DNA from: an uncultured Chloroflexia bacterium
GTDB lineage: Bacteria; Chloroflexota; Limnocylindria; Limnocylindrales; CSP1-4
Reading direction: 5' to 3'
Length of the DNA stretch: 64,000 nt
Assembly: GCA_963752475.1 (NCBI GenBank)
Contig: CAVVYR010000019.1
Span: 141,996-205,995, forward strand
This document shows, piece after piece, positions 27,518 to 38,850 of this stretch. The position numbers were made by a program, and so were the translations under genes. Position 1 is the first letter of the stretch. The number at the start of each line of letters is the position of its first letter. The notes below the pieces were generated by a model that did no database searches, was not told the DNA's origin, and saw nothing but the letters and a program-made list of their open reading frames with translations.

Positions 27518-29197
27518 CTAGCCTGTCAGCGCGCGGTCCCGGATGGCGCGCAGGCGCTTCATGACGTCGTTGGAGCCACGGCCGAAGTAGTCGTGGAGCA
27601 GCTCGTATTCGGCATAGAGCTCGTCGTAGACGGCCGCCGCTGCTGGATCGGGCACGTAGCGCTCGTCACGCAGGAAGGCCATCTTCCCGACCGCATCCTC
27701 GATGGAGTCGTAGCCTCCCTTGTCGGCACCGGCCGCGACCGCAGCCCACATCGATGAGCCTAGCGCGGGCGCCTGGCTGGAGGCGGCGATGGAGAACTCA
27801 CGCTTGGTGATGTCGGCATAGATCTGCATCAGCAGCTTGTTCTTGTCCGGCAGGCCGCCGCAGGCCACGATGTCCTTGATGGGCACGCCAGAGGCCTCGA
27901 ACGATTCGATGATGCGGCGCGTACCGAAGGCCGTGGCCTCGATGAGTGCGCGGTAGACCTCAGGGGCCTTGGTCGCCATGGTGGCGCCGAGGATGAGGCC
28001 CGAGAGGTCGACGTCGACGAGGATCGAGCGGTTGCCGTTGACCCAGTCGAGCGCCACCAACCCCGACTGGCCGGGGGCCAGCTTGGCGGCCTCTCTCTCG
28101 AGCACCTGGTGGACGTCGAGGCCTTCGCGCTCAGCGGTCTCGAAGTACTCCGCCGGCACGAGGTTGTCGACGAACCAGGCGAAGATGTCGCCCACGCCCG
28201 ACTGTCCGGCCTCGTAGCCGAAGAGCCCGGGCAGGATCCCGTCCTCCACCACGCCGCACATGCCCTCGACGTTGGCCTGCTTCTCGCCCAGCACCATGTG
28301 GCAGGTGCTGGTGCCCATGACCATGACCATGCGGCCGGGCTCGGTCACCGTCACCGCCGGTACCGAGACGTGGGCGTCGACGTTGGCCACAGCCACGGCG
28401 GTGCCTGGCTGCAGGCCGGTCCAGGCGGCGGCCTCTTCGGTCAGCTCGCCGGCCTTGTCCCCGATCGACGTGATGCTCCGCGACATCTTCTCGTCCACGA
28501 CCTTCGCAAGGCGGGGATCGAGCGCAGCGAAGTAGCCGTCGTCGGGGAAGCCCTCGGACTTCGACCAGATGGCCTTGTAGCCGGCGGTGCAGCTGTTGCG
28601 CGTCTCGACGCCGGTCAGGCGCCAGATGACCCAGTCGGCGGCCTCGATGAGCCGGTCGGCCTCATCGTAGATCTCGGGCGCTTCGTCGAGGATCTGGAGC
28701 GCCTTGGAGTAGAACCACTCCGAGGAGATCTTGCCGCCGTAGCGGGGTAGCCACTCCTCGCCGCGGTCGCGGGCGGTGGCGTTGATGAGGTCTGCCTCGG
28801 GCTGCGCGGCGTGGTGCTTCCATAGCTTGACCCAGGCGTGCGGGTTGCGGCGCCACTCGGGGAGCGTGGCCAGCGGCGTGCCGTCAGCCTTGGTCGGCAG
28901 CATCGTGCAGGCGGTGAAGTCGACGCCCACACCGATGACGTCAGCGGCATCGATGCCGGCCTCGGCGATGGCCGCCGGGATGGCCTGCCCGAACGTGCGC
29001 AGGTAGTCGTCTGGATCCTGCAGGGCCCATTCCGGCGCGAGCGTCACGTCCGAGTCGGGCGCGGGCAGCGCCTCATCGATGACGCCGTTGGAGTAGGCGT
29101 AGACGCTGCTACCGAGCTCCTGGCCGTTCGTGGGGTCGATGACCACGGCGCGGCCGGACTCGGTGCCGAAGTCGACGCCGATGACGTAGCTGGGCAC
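27518..29197 (-). CDS. araB: Ribulokinase
   Basis: GVDFGTESGRA, DFTACT, KLWKHHAAQ, YGGKISSEW and GYEAGQS motifs. GTG start after SD AGGAGGG. Confidence 0.95.
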   Translation of the reverse strand: MPSYVIGVDFGTESGRAVVIDPTNGQELGSSVYAYSNGVIDEALPAPDSDVTLAPEWALQDPDDYLRTFGQAIPAAIAEAGIDAADVIGVGVDFTACTMLPTKADGTPLATLPEWRRNPHAWVKLWKHHAAQPEADLINATARDRGEEWLPRYGGKISSEWFYSKALQILDEAPEIYDEADRLIEAADWVIWRLTGVETRNSCTAGYKAIWSKSEGFPDDGYFAALDPRLAKVVDEKMSRSITSIGDKAGELTEEAAAWTGLQPGTAVAVANVDAHVSVPAVTVTEPGRMVMVMGTSTCHMVLGEKQANVEGMCGVVEDGILPGLFGYEAGQSGVGDIFAWFVDNLVPAEYFETAEREGLDVHQVLEREAAKLAPGQSGLVALDWVNGNRSILVDVDLSGLILGATMATKAPEVYRALIEATAFGTRRIIESFEASGVPIKDIVACGGLPDKNKLLMQIYADITKREFSIAASSQAPALGSSMWAAVAAGADKGGYDSIEDAVGKMAFLRDERYVPDPAAAAVYDELYAEYELLHDYFGRGSNDVMKRLRAIRDRALTG

Positions 29198-29231
29198 GGT
29201 TCCCTCCTGGATGCTGTGACTGCTGTTGGCT

Positions 29232-30323
29232 CTACTTGCCCGGCGCGGGGCCGGTCGAGTCGCGGACCACGAGATCCGGCTCGAGGAGTGGGTGGAAGTC
29301 ACCCAGGACCTCGTCGCGGCCGATGGCCAGATCGACGGCGGCGAGCACCATGGCCGCCGTGGGCATGCGCACGGTCGTGAGGGCGGGCACGGTATAGGCG
29401 GCCTCGGGGATGTCGTCGAAGCCGGTGATGGAGACGTCCTCCGGAACACGCAGGCCGCGCTGATGGGCTTCATGCAGCATGCCCATGGCGAGCACGTCGG
29501 TGGGGGCCACGATGGCTGTCGGCGGCTCGGCCGACTCCATCAGCTCTGCGAGGGCCGCGGCACCGCCAGCGTAGGTGTTGGGCGCGTCGCGGCGGTACTC
29601 GTCGGGCGTCGCCAGCCCGTGGCCGTGGACCGTGGCCACGAAGGCGTCTTCGCGCTCGGTGATGTCGCCCAGGCGTCCGCGCGGTCCGGCGAAACCGATG
29701 CGCTCATGTCCCAGCTCGACGAGGTGGTCCACAGCAGCGCCGATACCGAGCTTGTTGTCGACCGACACGGTGGGGATACCGCTCTCTCGTGAGCCATGCC
29801 ACAGCGCGACCACCGGGATGCTCGTGCTCTGTAGCTCCTCGATCAGACCGGGCCGATCGCGCAGGTCGCCCAGGAAGAGGAGGGCATCGCAGTGGCGGGC
29901 CTCGAGGATGCTCGTCAGCGCCTCCGCCTCCTCCGCACTCTCGTGCGCGTGGCCCAGGACCACGTTGTAGCCGCGCTTGTTGGCCTCCAGCGAAGCGGCC
30001 TCGATGGCGCCGGCGAAGAAGGGATCGGTGATGTCACGCACGATGACCCCGAGCAGCATGGTGGGCGCACCACGCAGCCCACGGGCCAGCGGGTTGGGCC
30101 GATAGCCCATCTGGCGGGCGGTCTCCATCACGCGCTTGCGTGTGGCCTCGGCGATGGGCACGGCCGTGGGGGTGCCCGAGAGCACGCGCGAGACGGTCGA
30201 CTGGGAGACACCGGTAGCCTCCGCGATGTCGCGCATGGTGGGGGCACCGTTGGCGCGTCGACCGGGACCCGCCTGCGCGCCTGCTGCCGCGGTCTTCCGC
30301 GCACTCTGATCGGAGCTGCTCAT
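29232..30323 (-). CDS. LacI family regulator (probable arabinose regulon repressor)
   Basis: [30 protein letters not shown] and [12 protein letters not shown] motifs. Confidence 0.92.
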   Translation of the reverse strand: MSSSDQSARKTAAAGAQAGPGRRANGAPTMRDIAEATGVSQSTVSRVLSGTPTAVPIAEATRKRVMETARQMGYRPNPLARGLRGAPTMLLGVIVRDITDPFFAGAIEAASLEANKRGYNVVLGHAHESAEEAEALTSILEARHCDALLFLGDLRDRPGLIEELQSTSIPVVALWHGSRESGIPTVSVDNKLGIGAAVDHLVELGHERIGFAGPRGRLGDITEREDAFVATVHGHGLATPDEYRRDAPNTYAGGAAALAELMESAEPPTAIVAPTDVLAMGMLHEAHQRGLRVPEDVSITGFDDIPEAAYTVPALTTVRMPTAAMVLAAVDLAIGRDEVLGDFHPLLEPDLVVRDSTGPAPGK

Positions 30324-30374
30324 CGGGCCTCCATGCCATGGATGATGCTGATAGGGTACAACGGATTGACGTGG

Positions 30375-30402
30375 TGCAATCGAGTGCATACACTCGTTTG
30401 CA
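30375..30402. promoter_or_regulatory. Tandem LacI-type operator between lacI and the ABC operon
   Basis: TGCAATCGAGTGCA+TACACTCGTTTGCA, preceded by TTGACG at 30366. Confidence 0.8.
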
Positions 30403-30472
30403 TTCTCGAAACGCGCGGCATCGGTCGTGTATGGGTCTAGTGACGAGGACAAGCATGCTTGGCACCGCGCCG

Positions 30473-32020
30473 ATGGCCGCTGAGTCTACGCCCGCGCCGC
30501 CTCAGCCGATCTTGGAGATGCGCTCGATCGACAAGCGCTTCCCGGGTGTGCATGCGCTCGATGACGTCTCGATGGACGTCTTGCCCGGCGAGGTCCATGC
30601 GCTGGTCGGGGAGAACGGAGCCGGCAAGTCGACACTGATGAAGATCCTTGCCGGGGTCTATACCGCGGACGCGGGTGAGATGGTCTACAAGGGCCAGCCC
30701 TACGCCCCGCACACCCCCGGCGCCGCACGCGACGCCGGGATCGTGACCATCTACCAGGAGCTGAACCTGGTGCCCGAGATGTCCGTGGCCGAGAACATGT
30801 ACATGGGCATGGAGCTGGCGCGTGGCCCGTTCATCGACCGCCGCGCGATGCTCCAGCGCTCCCGCGAGCTGCTGTCGACGCGCCTTCACCTGGACGTGGA
30901 CCCGGGGACCGCCGTCGGACGGCTGGGTGTCGGTCAGCAACAGATGGTGGAAGTGGCCAAGGCGCTCCTGCACGAGGCCGACATCATCATCATGGACGAG
31001 CCCACGGCATCCCTGAGCCCGCGCGAGATCGCCGATCTCTTCACCATCGTCAACGAGCTCAAGGACCATGGTGTCTCGACCATCTTCATCAGCCACCACC
31101 TCAACGAGGCCTTCGAGCTGAGTGACCGCACCACGGTCCTGCGTGACGGCCAGCTGGTATCCACCCAGCCCACATCGGAGCTGACGACACAATCGCTCAT
31201 CCAGCTGATGGTCGGGCGTGCCCTTGCGGATCGCGAACCCAAGAAGCCAGTGGACGTCGGAGATGAGGTCCTTCGCGTGGAGGGACTGACCCGCCACGGC
31301 GTCTTCGAGGACATCTCCTTCAGCGCTCGGGCCGGCGAGATCGTAGGGCTTGCCGGGCTCGTGGGCGCCGGACGGACAGAGGTGGTACGGGCCATCTTCG
31401 GGGCCGACCCGCACGACGGCGGCCAGGTCTTCATCAACGGCGAGGCCGTGACCATCAGGTCCCCACGCGACGCTATCGACCACGGCATCGCGCTGCTGAC
31501 CGAGGACCGCAAGAACCAGGGTCTGGTGCTGCTCTTCGACGTGCGCGAGAACATCACGCTCGCGGTGCTCGATCGCCTCACCCGCACCCAGCTGACCGAC
31601 ACCAGCCGGGAGCGGGAGATCGCCGGCGGCTTCATCGACCGCCTTGCCATCAAGGCCTCCAGCCAGGAGCAGGAGGCCATGAACCTCTCCGGCGGAACGC
31701 AGCAGAAGGTCGTGCTCAGCAAGTGGCTCGCGGCAGAGGCGCGGGTCATCATCTTCGACGAGCCTACGCGCGGCATCGACGTCGGTGCCAAGGCCGAGAT
31801 CTACGAGATCATGAACGAGCTCGTGGCTAACGGCGATACCATCCTCATGGTCAGCTCGGAGCTGCCCGAGATCCTGGCCATGAGCGACCGCGTGCTCGTG
31901 ATGCAGGGCGGTCGCATCCGCGGCGAGCTCTCACGCGAAGAGGCCACGCAGGAACAGATCATGCACTTCGCTACGGCCTCCGACTCGGGGAACGGCGAGG
32001 CAGGCGCGGCGGATGACTGA
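30473..32020 (+). CDS. Sugar ABC transporter ATP-binding protein (two NBDs)
   Basis: [22 protein letters not shown] and [12 protein letters not shown] motifs. Confidence 0.93.
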   Translation: MAAESTPAPPQPILEMRSIDKRFPGVHALDDVSMDVLPGEVHALVGENGAGKSTLMKILAGVYTADAGEMVYKGQPYAPHTPGAARDAGIVTIYQELNLVPEMSVAENMYMGMELARGPFIDRRAMLQRSRELLSTRLHLDVDPGTAVGRLGVGQQQMVEVAKALLHEADIIIMDEPTASLSPREIADLFTIVNELKDHGVSTIFISHHLNEAFELSDRTTVLRDGQLVSTQPTSELTTQSLIQLMVGRALADREPKKPVDVGDEVLRVEGLTRHGVFEDISFSARAGEIVGLAGLVGAGRTEVVRAIFGADPHDGGQVFINGEAVTIRSPRDAIDHGIALLTEDRKNQGLVLLFDVRENITLAVLDRLTRTQLTDTSREREIAGGFIDRLAIKASSQEQEAMNLSGGTQQKVVLSKWLAAEARVIIFDEPTRGIDVGAKAEIYEIMNELVANGDTILMVSSELPEILAMSDRVLVMQGGRIRGELSREEATQEQIMHFATASDSGNGEAGAADD

Positions 32021-33071
32021 ATCCCAGACGGCGGTCAGCCGCTCCGGCGCGCTCGCGCGCAGCATCCTCTCGGGTGCCGGCCCGGCGCTGGTGCTGATCG
32101 CCATGGCCATCGGGCTGTGGATCATGTCGCCGGCCTTCCGCTCGCCCACGAGCCTGATGCTCATCGGCCTCGAGGCTGCCGCGCTCGGTCTCGTGGCGGC
32201 CGGCCAGACCTTCGTCATCCTCACCGGCGGCATCGACCTCTCCGTGGAAGCGATGGTGTCGTTCTCCGGCGTCATCGCAGCCATCATGATCGCCGGCTCC
32301 AACGTCAGCGGTGGGCAGATCGCCGGCGGCTTCCCCTCCTGGCTGGCCATCCCCATCGCACTCGCAGTGGGTGCCGCCATCGGCGCCGGTCAGGGCGTGC
32401 TGGTGACCGCCTTCCGCATGAACCCGCTGATCGTGACGTTAGGCATCAGATCGGTGCTGCTCGGATCCGCGCTCGTGCTCTCGCGTGGCTCGGGCATCTA
32501 CATCAAGAAGGATGACCTGCTCGGCTTCCTCACTGGTCGCATCGAGATCTTCGGCATCAACATCCCCATCCCGCTGATCCTCACGGTCATCATCTACTTC
32601 ATCTGCTGGATCGTTCTCAAGCGCACGAAGTTCGGCCGCTACGTCTACGCCATCGGCGGCAACGAGACGGCAGCCCGCCTGTCGGGTGTACGCACGAGCC
32701 TGGTCAAGCTCTCGGTCTACGCCATCGCCGGCTTCCTGGCCGCACTGGCGGGCATCATCGTCATGGGGCGCCTGGAGTCCGGCGCCTACCAGAACGGCAC
32801 CAACCTCACGCTCATGTCGGTCGCGGCCGTGGTCATCGGTGGCACCGCCCTCACGGGCGGCATCGGCGGCATCTGGGGCACGCTCATCGGTGTCTTCATG
32901 ATCCGCCTGGTCGATGCCGGTCTCGTCTATATGAGCTTCCCGTCCCAAGCCAAGGAGATCATGATCGGCGCGATCATCGTGCTGGCCGTGCTCATCGACA
33001 CCTGGCGCCGCGGACAGATCCCGTGGCTGACCTTCAGGTTGAGGGGAGGTGACTCCGGGGACAAGACATAG
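32013..33071 (+). CDS. Sugar ABC transporter permease
   Basis: [25 protein letters not shown] and AAVVIGG motifs. Confidence 0.93.
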   Translation: MTESQTAVSRSGALARSILSGAGPALVLIAMAIGLWIMSPAFRSPTSLMLIGLEAAALGLVAAGQTFVILTGGIDLSVEAMVSFSGVIAAIMIAGSNVSGGQIAGGFPSWLAIPIALAVGAAIGAGQGVLVTAFRMNPLIVTLGIRSVLLGSALVLSRGSGIYIKKDDLLGFLTGRIEIFGINIPIPLILTVIIYFICWIVLKRTKFGRYVYAIGGNETAARLSGVRTSLVKLSVYAIAGFLAALAGIIVMGRLESGAYQNGTNLTLMSVAAVVIGGTALTGGIGGIWGTLIGVFMIRLVDAGLVYMSFPSQAKEIMIGAIIVLAVLIDTWRRGQIPWLTFRLRGGDSGDKT

Positions 33072-33154
33072 GAGGCGTATGCCCTGCGGGGCACAGGAAC
33101 AGATAGACGCCGGCCACGAAAGATGCCGGCGTGGAGGAAGTAGGAGGAGGATCC

Positions 33155-34201
33155 ATGCGGACCCATCTCAAGATCGCCGCCATCGGTGCGGCTCTGGCTG
33201 TGACCGCCAGCGGAGCGGCAGTGACCGCGCAGGACGAGGAGGCCAAGACCGTCGGCTTCGTGCCACCGGCGCTGACCAGCCCGTTCCACGTCTCCATGAG
33301 CGAGGGTGCCAGTGACGCCGGTGGCGACAAGGGCTGGACGGTCGACGTCCAGGCACCCACCGCCGAGGGCGACTTCGCCGCGTTCGTGACGACCGTCGAG
33401 CAGTTGCTCGAGAAGGGCGTCGACGGCTTGAGCATCAACCCCATCGGCACCGACTCGGCCGTGACCGCCGTGAAGGCGGCCAACGAGAAGGGTGTGCCCA
33501 TCATCGCGCACAACTTCATCACTCCCTTCTCCGAGGGCGAGGTCCTTTCGTACATCGGCTATGACCAGTGGGGCGGCGCTGAGAAGCTGGCGGCCCACAC
33601 CTGCGAGCTGCTGGCCGGCAAGTACGGCACCGAGGTAGCGGATGCCAGCGGCAAGGTCTACATCCTGCTGGGCATCGACTCGATCTTCAGCCATCGCCGC
33701 ACGGGCGGCTTCAAGGCCGGGCTCGAGAAGAACTGCCCCAACGTCGAGGTCGTCGGCGAGCAGACCGCCAACTGGGTCCGCCAGGACGGTCAGGCCGTGG
33801 CTTCGATCGCTTGGCAGACCGATCCGGACATCGATGTCTTCTATGGCAACAGCGATGAGATGGCCATCGGCGCCGCCCTCGCGGGTGAGCAACTGGGCCT
33901 CCAGATCAACGAGGACTTCTTCGCAGTCGGCATCGACGGCAACCCGCCGACGCTCGACCTGCTTGGCGAGGGCAAGTTCAGCGCCACGCTGGGCGTGGAC
34001 CCCTACAACATGGGCGTCACGACCATGGAGACGCTGGAGAAGATCTTCAACGGTGAAGAGGTGCCTGCGATCACCCTGACCCCGTCGGTCGTGGTGACCC
34101 CGGACAATCTCGATACCTACCTCGCCGGTGAGCTGTGGACGGAGCCCGTGGCCGGCTCCCCCGAGCTCGACAACGGCGAGCCCACGGTTCCCGAGGAGTA
34201 G
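33155..34201 (+). CDS. Sugar ABC transporter substrate-binding protein
   Basis: SD AGGAGG, signal peptide ending [13 protein letters not shown] and GIDG motifs. Confidence 0.92.
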   Translation: MRTHLKIAAIGAALAVTASGAAVTAQDEEAKTVGFVPPALTSPFHVSMSEGASDAGGDKGWTVDVQAPTAEGDFAAFVTTVEQLLEKGVDGLSINPIGTDSAVTAVKAANEKGVPIIAHNFITPFSEGEVLSYIGYDQWGGAEKLAAHTCELLAGKYGTEVADASGKVYILLGIDSIFSHRRTGGFKAGLEKNCPNVEVVGEQTANWVRQDGQAVASIAWQTDPDIDVFYGNSDEMAIGAALAGEQLGLQINEDFFAVGIDGNPPTLDLLGEGKFSATLGVDPYNMGVTTMETLEKIFNGEEVPAITLTPSVVVTPDNLDTYLAGELWTEPVAGSPELDNGEPTVPEE

Positions 34202-34430
34202 CGACCAAGCCGGGTGGGGCCCGCAGGCTGGCATCGCCGATGCTGCCGAAGTCACTTCGATGGAGGAGGCGACATGCCTGCGGGCACTGCCCGTCGGGCC
34301 GAACGGCACAGGCCCGACATGAGAAGGTTGGGCATGGTCCGCGAAAGGCATTACGCGACCCTTCATGGGCCGACAAGGACAGGAGGAGAGTGAGCCCGCT
34401 CGGGCTCACCGAATAGGAGGACACCAACTA

Positions 34431-35447
34431 GTGAACACTCGAGCTCGCCGCTCCGTCGCGCTGATCACGGCGCTGGCGTTGGCGGTTCCGGCTGCGGTAG
34501 GTACATCCGCCGTGGTCGCTGCGCAGGACGATGCACAGTTCTGCTCCGACACGAATATCGTCTTCTTCCCGGGTGGATCCGAGGGTGGCCCGTTCGCGAC
34601 CGTCGTCTACAACGGCGCGAAGGCCGCTGAAGCCCTCTTTGGTCCCAGCGTGAACTACGTCTGGTCCGACTGGCTCCCAGAAAACATGATCAACCAGTTC
34701 GGCGAGGCCGTGGCCACCCAGCCCGACGGCATCGCCATCATGGGTCACCCCGGCGACGACGCCTTCAAGCCGCTCGTCGATGACGCGGTCGCCCAGGGCA
34801 TCGTGGTCACGGTCATGAACACCGAGTTGCAGGAGACGCAGGCCGCCCACGCACCGGTAGGCACCGGATACGTCGGCGCCACGCTGTACAAGGCAGGGAA
34901 CGACCTGGCGCTGGAAGCCATCAAGCGTGGCGCACTCGCCGAAGGCGACAAGGCCTTCGTGTGGGGCCTCGTTTCCCAGCCAGGTCGCGGGAAGCGGACG
35001 CAGGGCATCATCGACGGACTCGAAGACTCCGGCCTCGAGGTCGTGTATCTCGAGATCGACGATGCGACCAACTCCGACCCGGCGCAGGGCATCGCGACCT
35101 TCACCGGCATGGTTTCGGCCAACCCGGACCTCAAGGCTGCCTTCTTCGACCACGGCGATCTGACGTTCACGGCTCGTTCGTTCCAGGAAGCCGCGGGCCT
35201 TGGTCCTGACGACCTCTACGTCGCCGGTTTCGACCTCTCGGCGGGTGCCATCGACGGTGTCAAGTCGGGCTACCTCGACTTGGCCATCGACCAGCAGCAA
35301 TGGCTGCAGGGGTTCGAGGCCGTCGCCCAGATCTGCCTGTCCCACAACTATGGCTTCAGCGGTCTGCACATCAACACCGGCGGTGGCTTCCTTGACGCCA
35401 GCAACGTCGGGGATATCGAGGCTCTCGTCGAGGCTCAGATCCGCTAG
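34431..35447 (+). CDS. Second sugar ABC substrate-binding protein
   Basis: SD AGGAGG before GTG, signal peptide, PDGIAIMGHPG, AGFDLS and IDQQQWLQG motifs. Confidence 0.9.
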   Translation: MNTRARRSVALITALALAVPAAVGTSAVVAAQDDAQFCSDTNIVFFPGGSEGGPFATVVYNGAKAAEALFGPSVNYVWSDWLPENMINQFGEAVATQPDGIAIMGHPGDDAFKPLVDDAVAQGIVVTVMNTELQETQAAHAPVGTGYVGATLYKAGNDLALEAIKRGALAEGDKAFVWGLVSQPGRGKRTQGIIDGLEDSGLEVVYLEIDDATNSDPAQGIATFTGMVSANPDLKAAFFDHGDLTFTARSFQEAAGLGPDDLYVAGFDLSAGAIDGVKSGYLDLAIDQQQWLQGFEAVAQICLSHNYGFSGLHINTGGGFLDASNVGDIEALVEAQIR

Positions 35448-36332
35448 ATGAACTCAGAACGCGCCGCCATCAGCGACGCGCCCGCGGGCGAGGGCTCCGA
35501 CCCTCGCCGGCGGGAAACCCGGCAGCTCGACATGAAGGGCATCTACAAGTCCTTCGGTGGGGTGCGGGTGCTCGAGGATGTCGACTTCCATCTCGATGCT
35601 GGCGAGGTGGTGGGTCTCCTGGGAGACAACGGCGCGGGCAAGTCGACGCTGATCAAGATCATCACGGGCTATCACCAGCCCGACCAGGGCGAGCTCTACT
35701 TCAGCGGCACCCAGGTCCACGACCTCACCGTCCCCCGGGCCCGGGGCCTGGGCGTGGAGACCGTGTACCAGGAGCGCGCTCTCGCTGAGCAGCTTCCGCT
35801 CTGGCGCAACATCTTCGTGGGCCGCTACATCAGCAACCGTCTGGGGCTCATGGATGTCGGCGAGATGCGCCGCATCACAGAGCAGCTCATGACCGAGGAG
35901 ATGGGCTTCACCTCCGCCGTGCTCACGCCCGACACCACCGTCACTGGCCTTTCCGGCGGCGAACGCCAGGGGCTGGCCATCGTACGAGCCCTGCACTTCG
36001 AAGCCGAGACGATCATCCTTGACGAGCCGACCATGGGGCTCTCGCTAAAGGAGACCGAGAAGCTGCTCAAGTTCGTGGATGGCATCCGCGCGAAGGGCAA
36101 GTCGGCCATCTTCATCGACCACAACTTCTTCCACGTCTATTCGGTCGCTGACCGCATCGTGGTGCTGGATCGGGGCACGGTCGCGGCGGACTTCCCGAAG
36201 TCGCAGTACACGATGAACGAGCTCATGGACATCATGCGCGAGATCGCATCGTCCGGGCACTTCGAGCCCGATCGCAGCAAGGCTGGCGCCAGCGACGAAG
36301 CGGCCAACGTGATCCACGGGGCGGCCGGATGA
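35448..36332 (+). CDS. ABC transporter ATP-binding protein (single NBD)
   Basis: [16 protein letters not shown] and ILDEPT motifs. Confidence 0.92.
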   Translation: MNSERAAISDAPAGEGSDPRRRETRQLDMKGIYKSFGGVRVLEDVDFHLDAGEVVGLLGDNGAGKSTLIKIITGYHQPDQGELYFSGTQVHDLTVPRARGLGVETVYQERALAEQLPLWRNIFVGRYISNRLGLMDVGEMRRITEQLMTEEMGFTSAVLTPDTTVTGLSGGERQGLAIVRALHFEAETIILDEPTMGLSLKETEKLLKFVDGIRAKGKSAIFIDHNFFHVYSVADRIVVLDRGTVAADFPKSQYTMNELMDIMREIASSGHFEPDRSKAGASDEAANVIHGAAG

Positions 36333-37354
36333 CGGCTGCAGAGACTCCCAACCAGACGCCGCCACCCAGCACGCGCGACCAGGCGACTCGATCAGCCTTC
36401 ACGGACTTCATGCGCAGGTGGGCAAGTCAGGTCGGCATCACCGTCGCCTTCGTCTTGCTCTGGGTCCTCTTCATAGTCATGGCGCCGAACACGTTCGGGA
36501 CCGACCTGATCTACAAGTCCTTCGGCCAGACCATCCCGTACTTCGGCATCATCGCGATGATGCTCACGATGGTCATCGTGGCAGGCGACATCGACCTCTC
36601 ATTCCCGTCTGTGATGGCCCTGGGCATGGTCGGCTTCGTGTGGGTCTGGGATGCCACGGACATCGTGGTCTTGAGCGTCATCGCCGCCATCAGCATCGGT
36701 GCCCTGGCTGGCCTCTTTAACGGCCTCGTCATCACCATGATCGGCCTCCCGTCACTGGTCGTTACCATCGGGACGCAGTTCCTCTTCCGAGGCTTGACGC
36801 TGGTGCTCGTAGGTGGCAGCTCCTATGCGCTGTCCGCCACGCGTGGCGAACCTGTGCGTGAGCTGCTGGTGGGCAAGCCCTTCGGCCTGCCCATGGAGTT
36901 CTTCTGGTTCGTGGGCATCGCCATACTGGCCTGGGTCCTGCTGAACCGGCACCGCCTCGGTGGCAATACCTATGTCATCGGCGACAACGCCCAGACGGCT
37001 CGGCTGATGGGCGTCCCGATCCGTCGCACGCGGATCATTCTCTTCATGCTCACCGGCATGGCCGCAGCCCTGGCAGGCATGATGATGTCCCTGCAGGTCG
37101 TCAACTTCTACCCCAACTTGGGCTCTGGATTGCTGCTGCCGGCGCTGGCCGCCGTGTTCGTGGGCGGCACCTCGGTGTTCGGCGGTCGCGGCTCGATCTA
37201 CGGCACGTTCATCGGTGCCCTGATGATTGGGGCCATCCCGGCCGGCATCGTGGCTTCGGGCCTGACCGACTTCTGGACGGGGGCCATCTACGGCGCCATC
37301 ATCCTCATCGCCATCAGCATCCACGCCATCCTGCAGCGTCGCTTCCAGCGCTAG
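36329..37354 (+). CDS. Sugar ABC transporter permease
   Basis: GDIDLSF, LPSLVVTIG and AAVFVGGTS motifs. Confidence 0.92.
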   Translation: MTAAETPNQTPPPSTRDQATRSAFTDFMRRWASQVGITVAFVLLWVLFIVMAPNTFGTDLIYKSFGQTIPYFGIIAMMLTMVIVAGDIDLSFPSVMALGMVGFVWVWDATDIVVLSVIAAISIGALAGLFNGLVITMIGLPSLVVTIGTQFLFRGLTLVLVGGSSYALSATRGEPVRELLVGKPFGLPMEFFWFVGIAILAWVLLNRHRLGGNTYVIGDNAQTARLMGVPIRRTRIILFMLTGMAAALAGMMMSLQVVNFYPNLGSGLLLPALAAVFVGGTSVFGGRGSIYGTFIGALMIGAIPAGIVASGLTDFWTGAIYGAIILIAISIHAILQRRFQR

Positions 37355-37433
37355 TCACCGCCCCTTCGGACAGCGCGAGACGACCCCGGTCTGGACGAAC
37401 ACCCAGCTGCAGCGTGCTTGCCAGACATAAGAA

Positions 37434-37459
37434 GACACCCCGGGGTTCCCCGGGGTGTC
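37434..37459 (-). terminator. Intrinsic terminator of trxA (probably bidirectional)
   Basis: GACACCCCGGGG-TT-CCCCGGGGTGTC followed by TTCTTAT on the minus strand. Confidence 0.75.
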
Positions 37460-37481
37460 CCTCGTTGCGCGGGTGTTCGAA

Positions 37482-37832
<351 letters not shown>

Positions 37833-37856
37833 GGGGTGTTCCTTTCTAGAGGAGGT

Positions 37857-38186
37857 TCAGTCGGCTACGGACTGGATGAGCTTGTAAGCCTCGAGGATCC
37901 GGGGATCGCTCAGGCGGTAGAGGACGGTGTTGCCATCGCGGCGTGACTCCACGATGCCCGCTGACCGCAGCACCGAGAGGTGCTGGCTCATATTGGGCAC
38001 CTGACAGCTGGCCTCCCGAGAGAGGTCGCTGACGGAGCGTTCACCTTGTGACAGGCACTCCAGCACACAGAGCCGCTTGGGGTCAGCCAGCGCACGGCTG
38101 ATGGCCGCGTATCGCTGACGCTCGTCCTCGGTCGTGAGAGCCGACGCCGCGGGGGGCGTGGTGTCGGCCTCGGGTGCTGTCGTCAT
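37857..38186 (-). CDS. ArsR/SmtB family regulator
   Basis: ALADPKRL and SQHLSVLRSAGIVESRRDG motifs. Confidence 0.9.
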   Translation of the reverse strand: MTTAPEADTTPPAASALTTEDERQRYAAISRALADPKRLCVLECLSQGERSVSDLSREASCQVPNMSQHLSVLRSAGIVESRRDGNTVLYRLSDPRILEAYKLIQSVAD

Positions 38187-38208
38187 GATCGGTCACATGT
38201 TCTCATCG

Positions 38209-38226
38209 TTTGCGCAAGTACGCAAA
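38209..38226. promoter_or_regulatory. Palindromic operator upstream of arsR-trxA
   Basis: TTTGCG-CAAGTA-CGCAAA in an AT-rich patch. Confidence 0.6.
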
Positions 38227-38379
38227 TAGATAGATGACAGCTCCGTGACGGGAGGCGCATGGTCGCCGGTGTGCGCCTCACGCTGGACCCCTGACGCGCC
38301 ATCCTTGCTGGCCGACGTCGTTCGTCCCACCAGGACGTCCGATCGACCGACGAGACCCTTGAACCGGAGTGCTCCGACG

Positions 38380-38808
38380 TCAGTCGAGGCCGAGCTCGTG
38401 CAGCCGCTCGTCGTCGATGCCGGCGTGGTGGGCCAGCTCGTGCATCACCGTGATGCGGACTTCCTCCTCCAGGTCGGCGGGGTCCGGGAAGTCGGCCTCC
38501 AGCGGCAGTCGGAAGAGTGAGATCTTGTTCGGCAATGCTGCCCAGTCGGAGCCCCACTCGGTCGCGGGCACACCCTCGTAGAGCCCGTAGAGCCAACCGT
38601 CGGGCACACCGCCGACCGTCGCCTGGTCCCGGGTAGGGGAGTCCTCGATGACGATGGCAACGTCCTCGAGCAGCCGGGCGAAGTCCGCGGGCAGGTCGTC
38701 GAGCGCCCGCTCCACGAGCGTCTCGAAGGGCACGTGCTCACGCGGCGCCGGCCGAACGCGACGGTCCGGGTGCTGACGCGAGAGCTGGCCGCGACGACGG
38801 ATGGGCAT
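38380..38808 (-). CDS. Zincin-like metallopeptidase (DUF1025-type)
   Basis: LYGLYEGVP, KISLFRLPL and TVMHELAHHAGIDDERLHELG (HExxH). Confidence 0.88.
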   Translation of the reverse strand: MPIRRRGQLSRQHPDRRVRPAPREHVPFETLVERALDDLPADFARLLEDVAIVIEDSPTRDQATVGGVPDGWLYGLYEGVPATEWGSDWAALPNKISLFRLPLEADFPDPADLEEEVRITVMHELAHHAGIDDERLHELGLD

Positions 38809-38850
38809 GCCCAGAGGATGGCACGGCCGCGCCGACGTATGCTCAGACGC

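Noticed and set aside
32927-34366. Long antisense and alternative-frame ORFs (this one and many others, e.g. 12225-13589, 48715-50142, 52237-53739)
   Set aside because: They are shadow ORFs expected in high-GC DNA, overlapping well-supported genes and lacking motifs.
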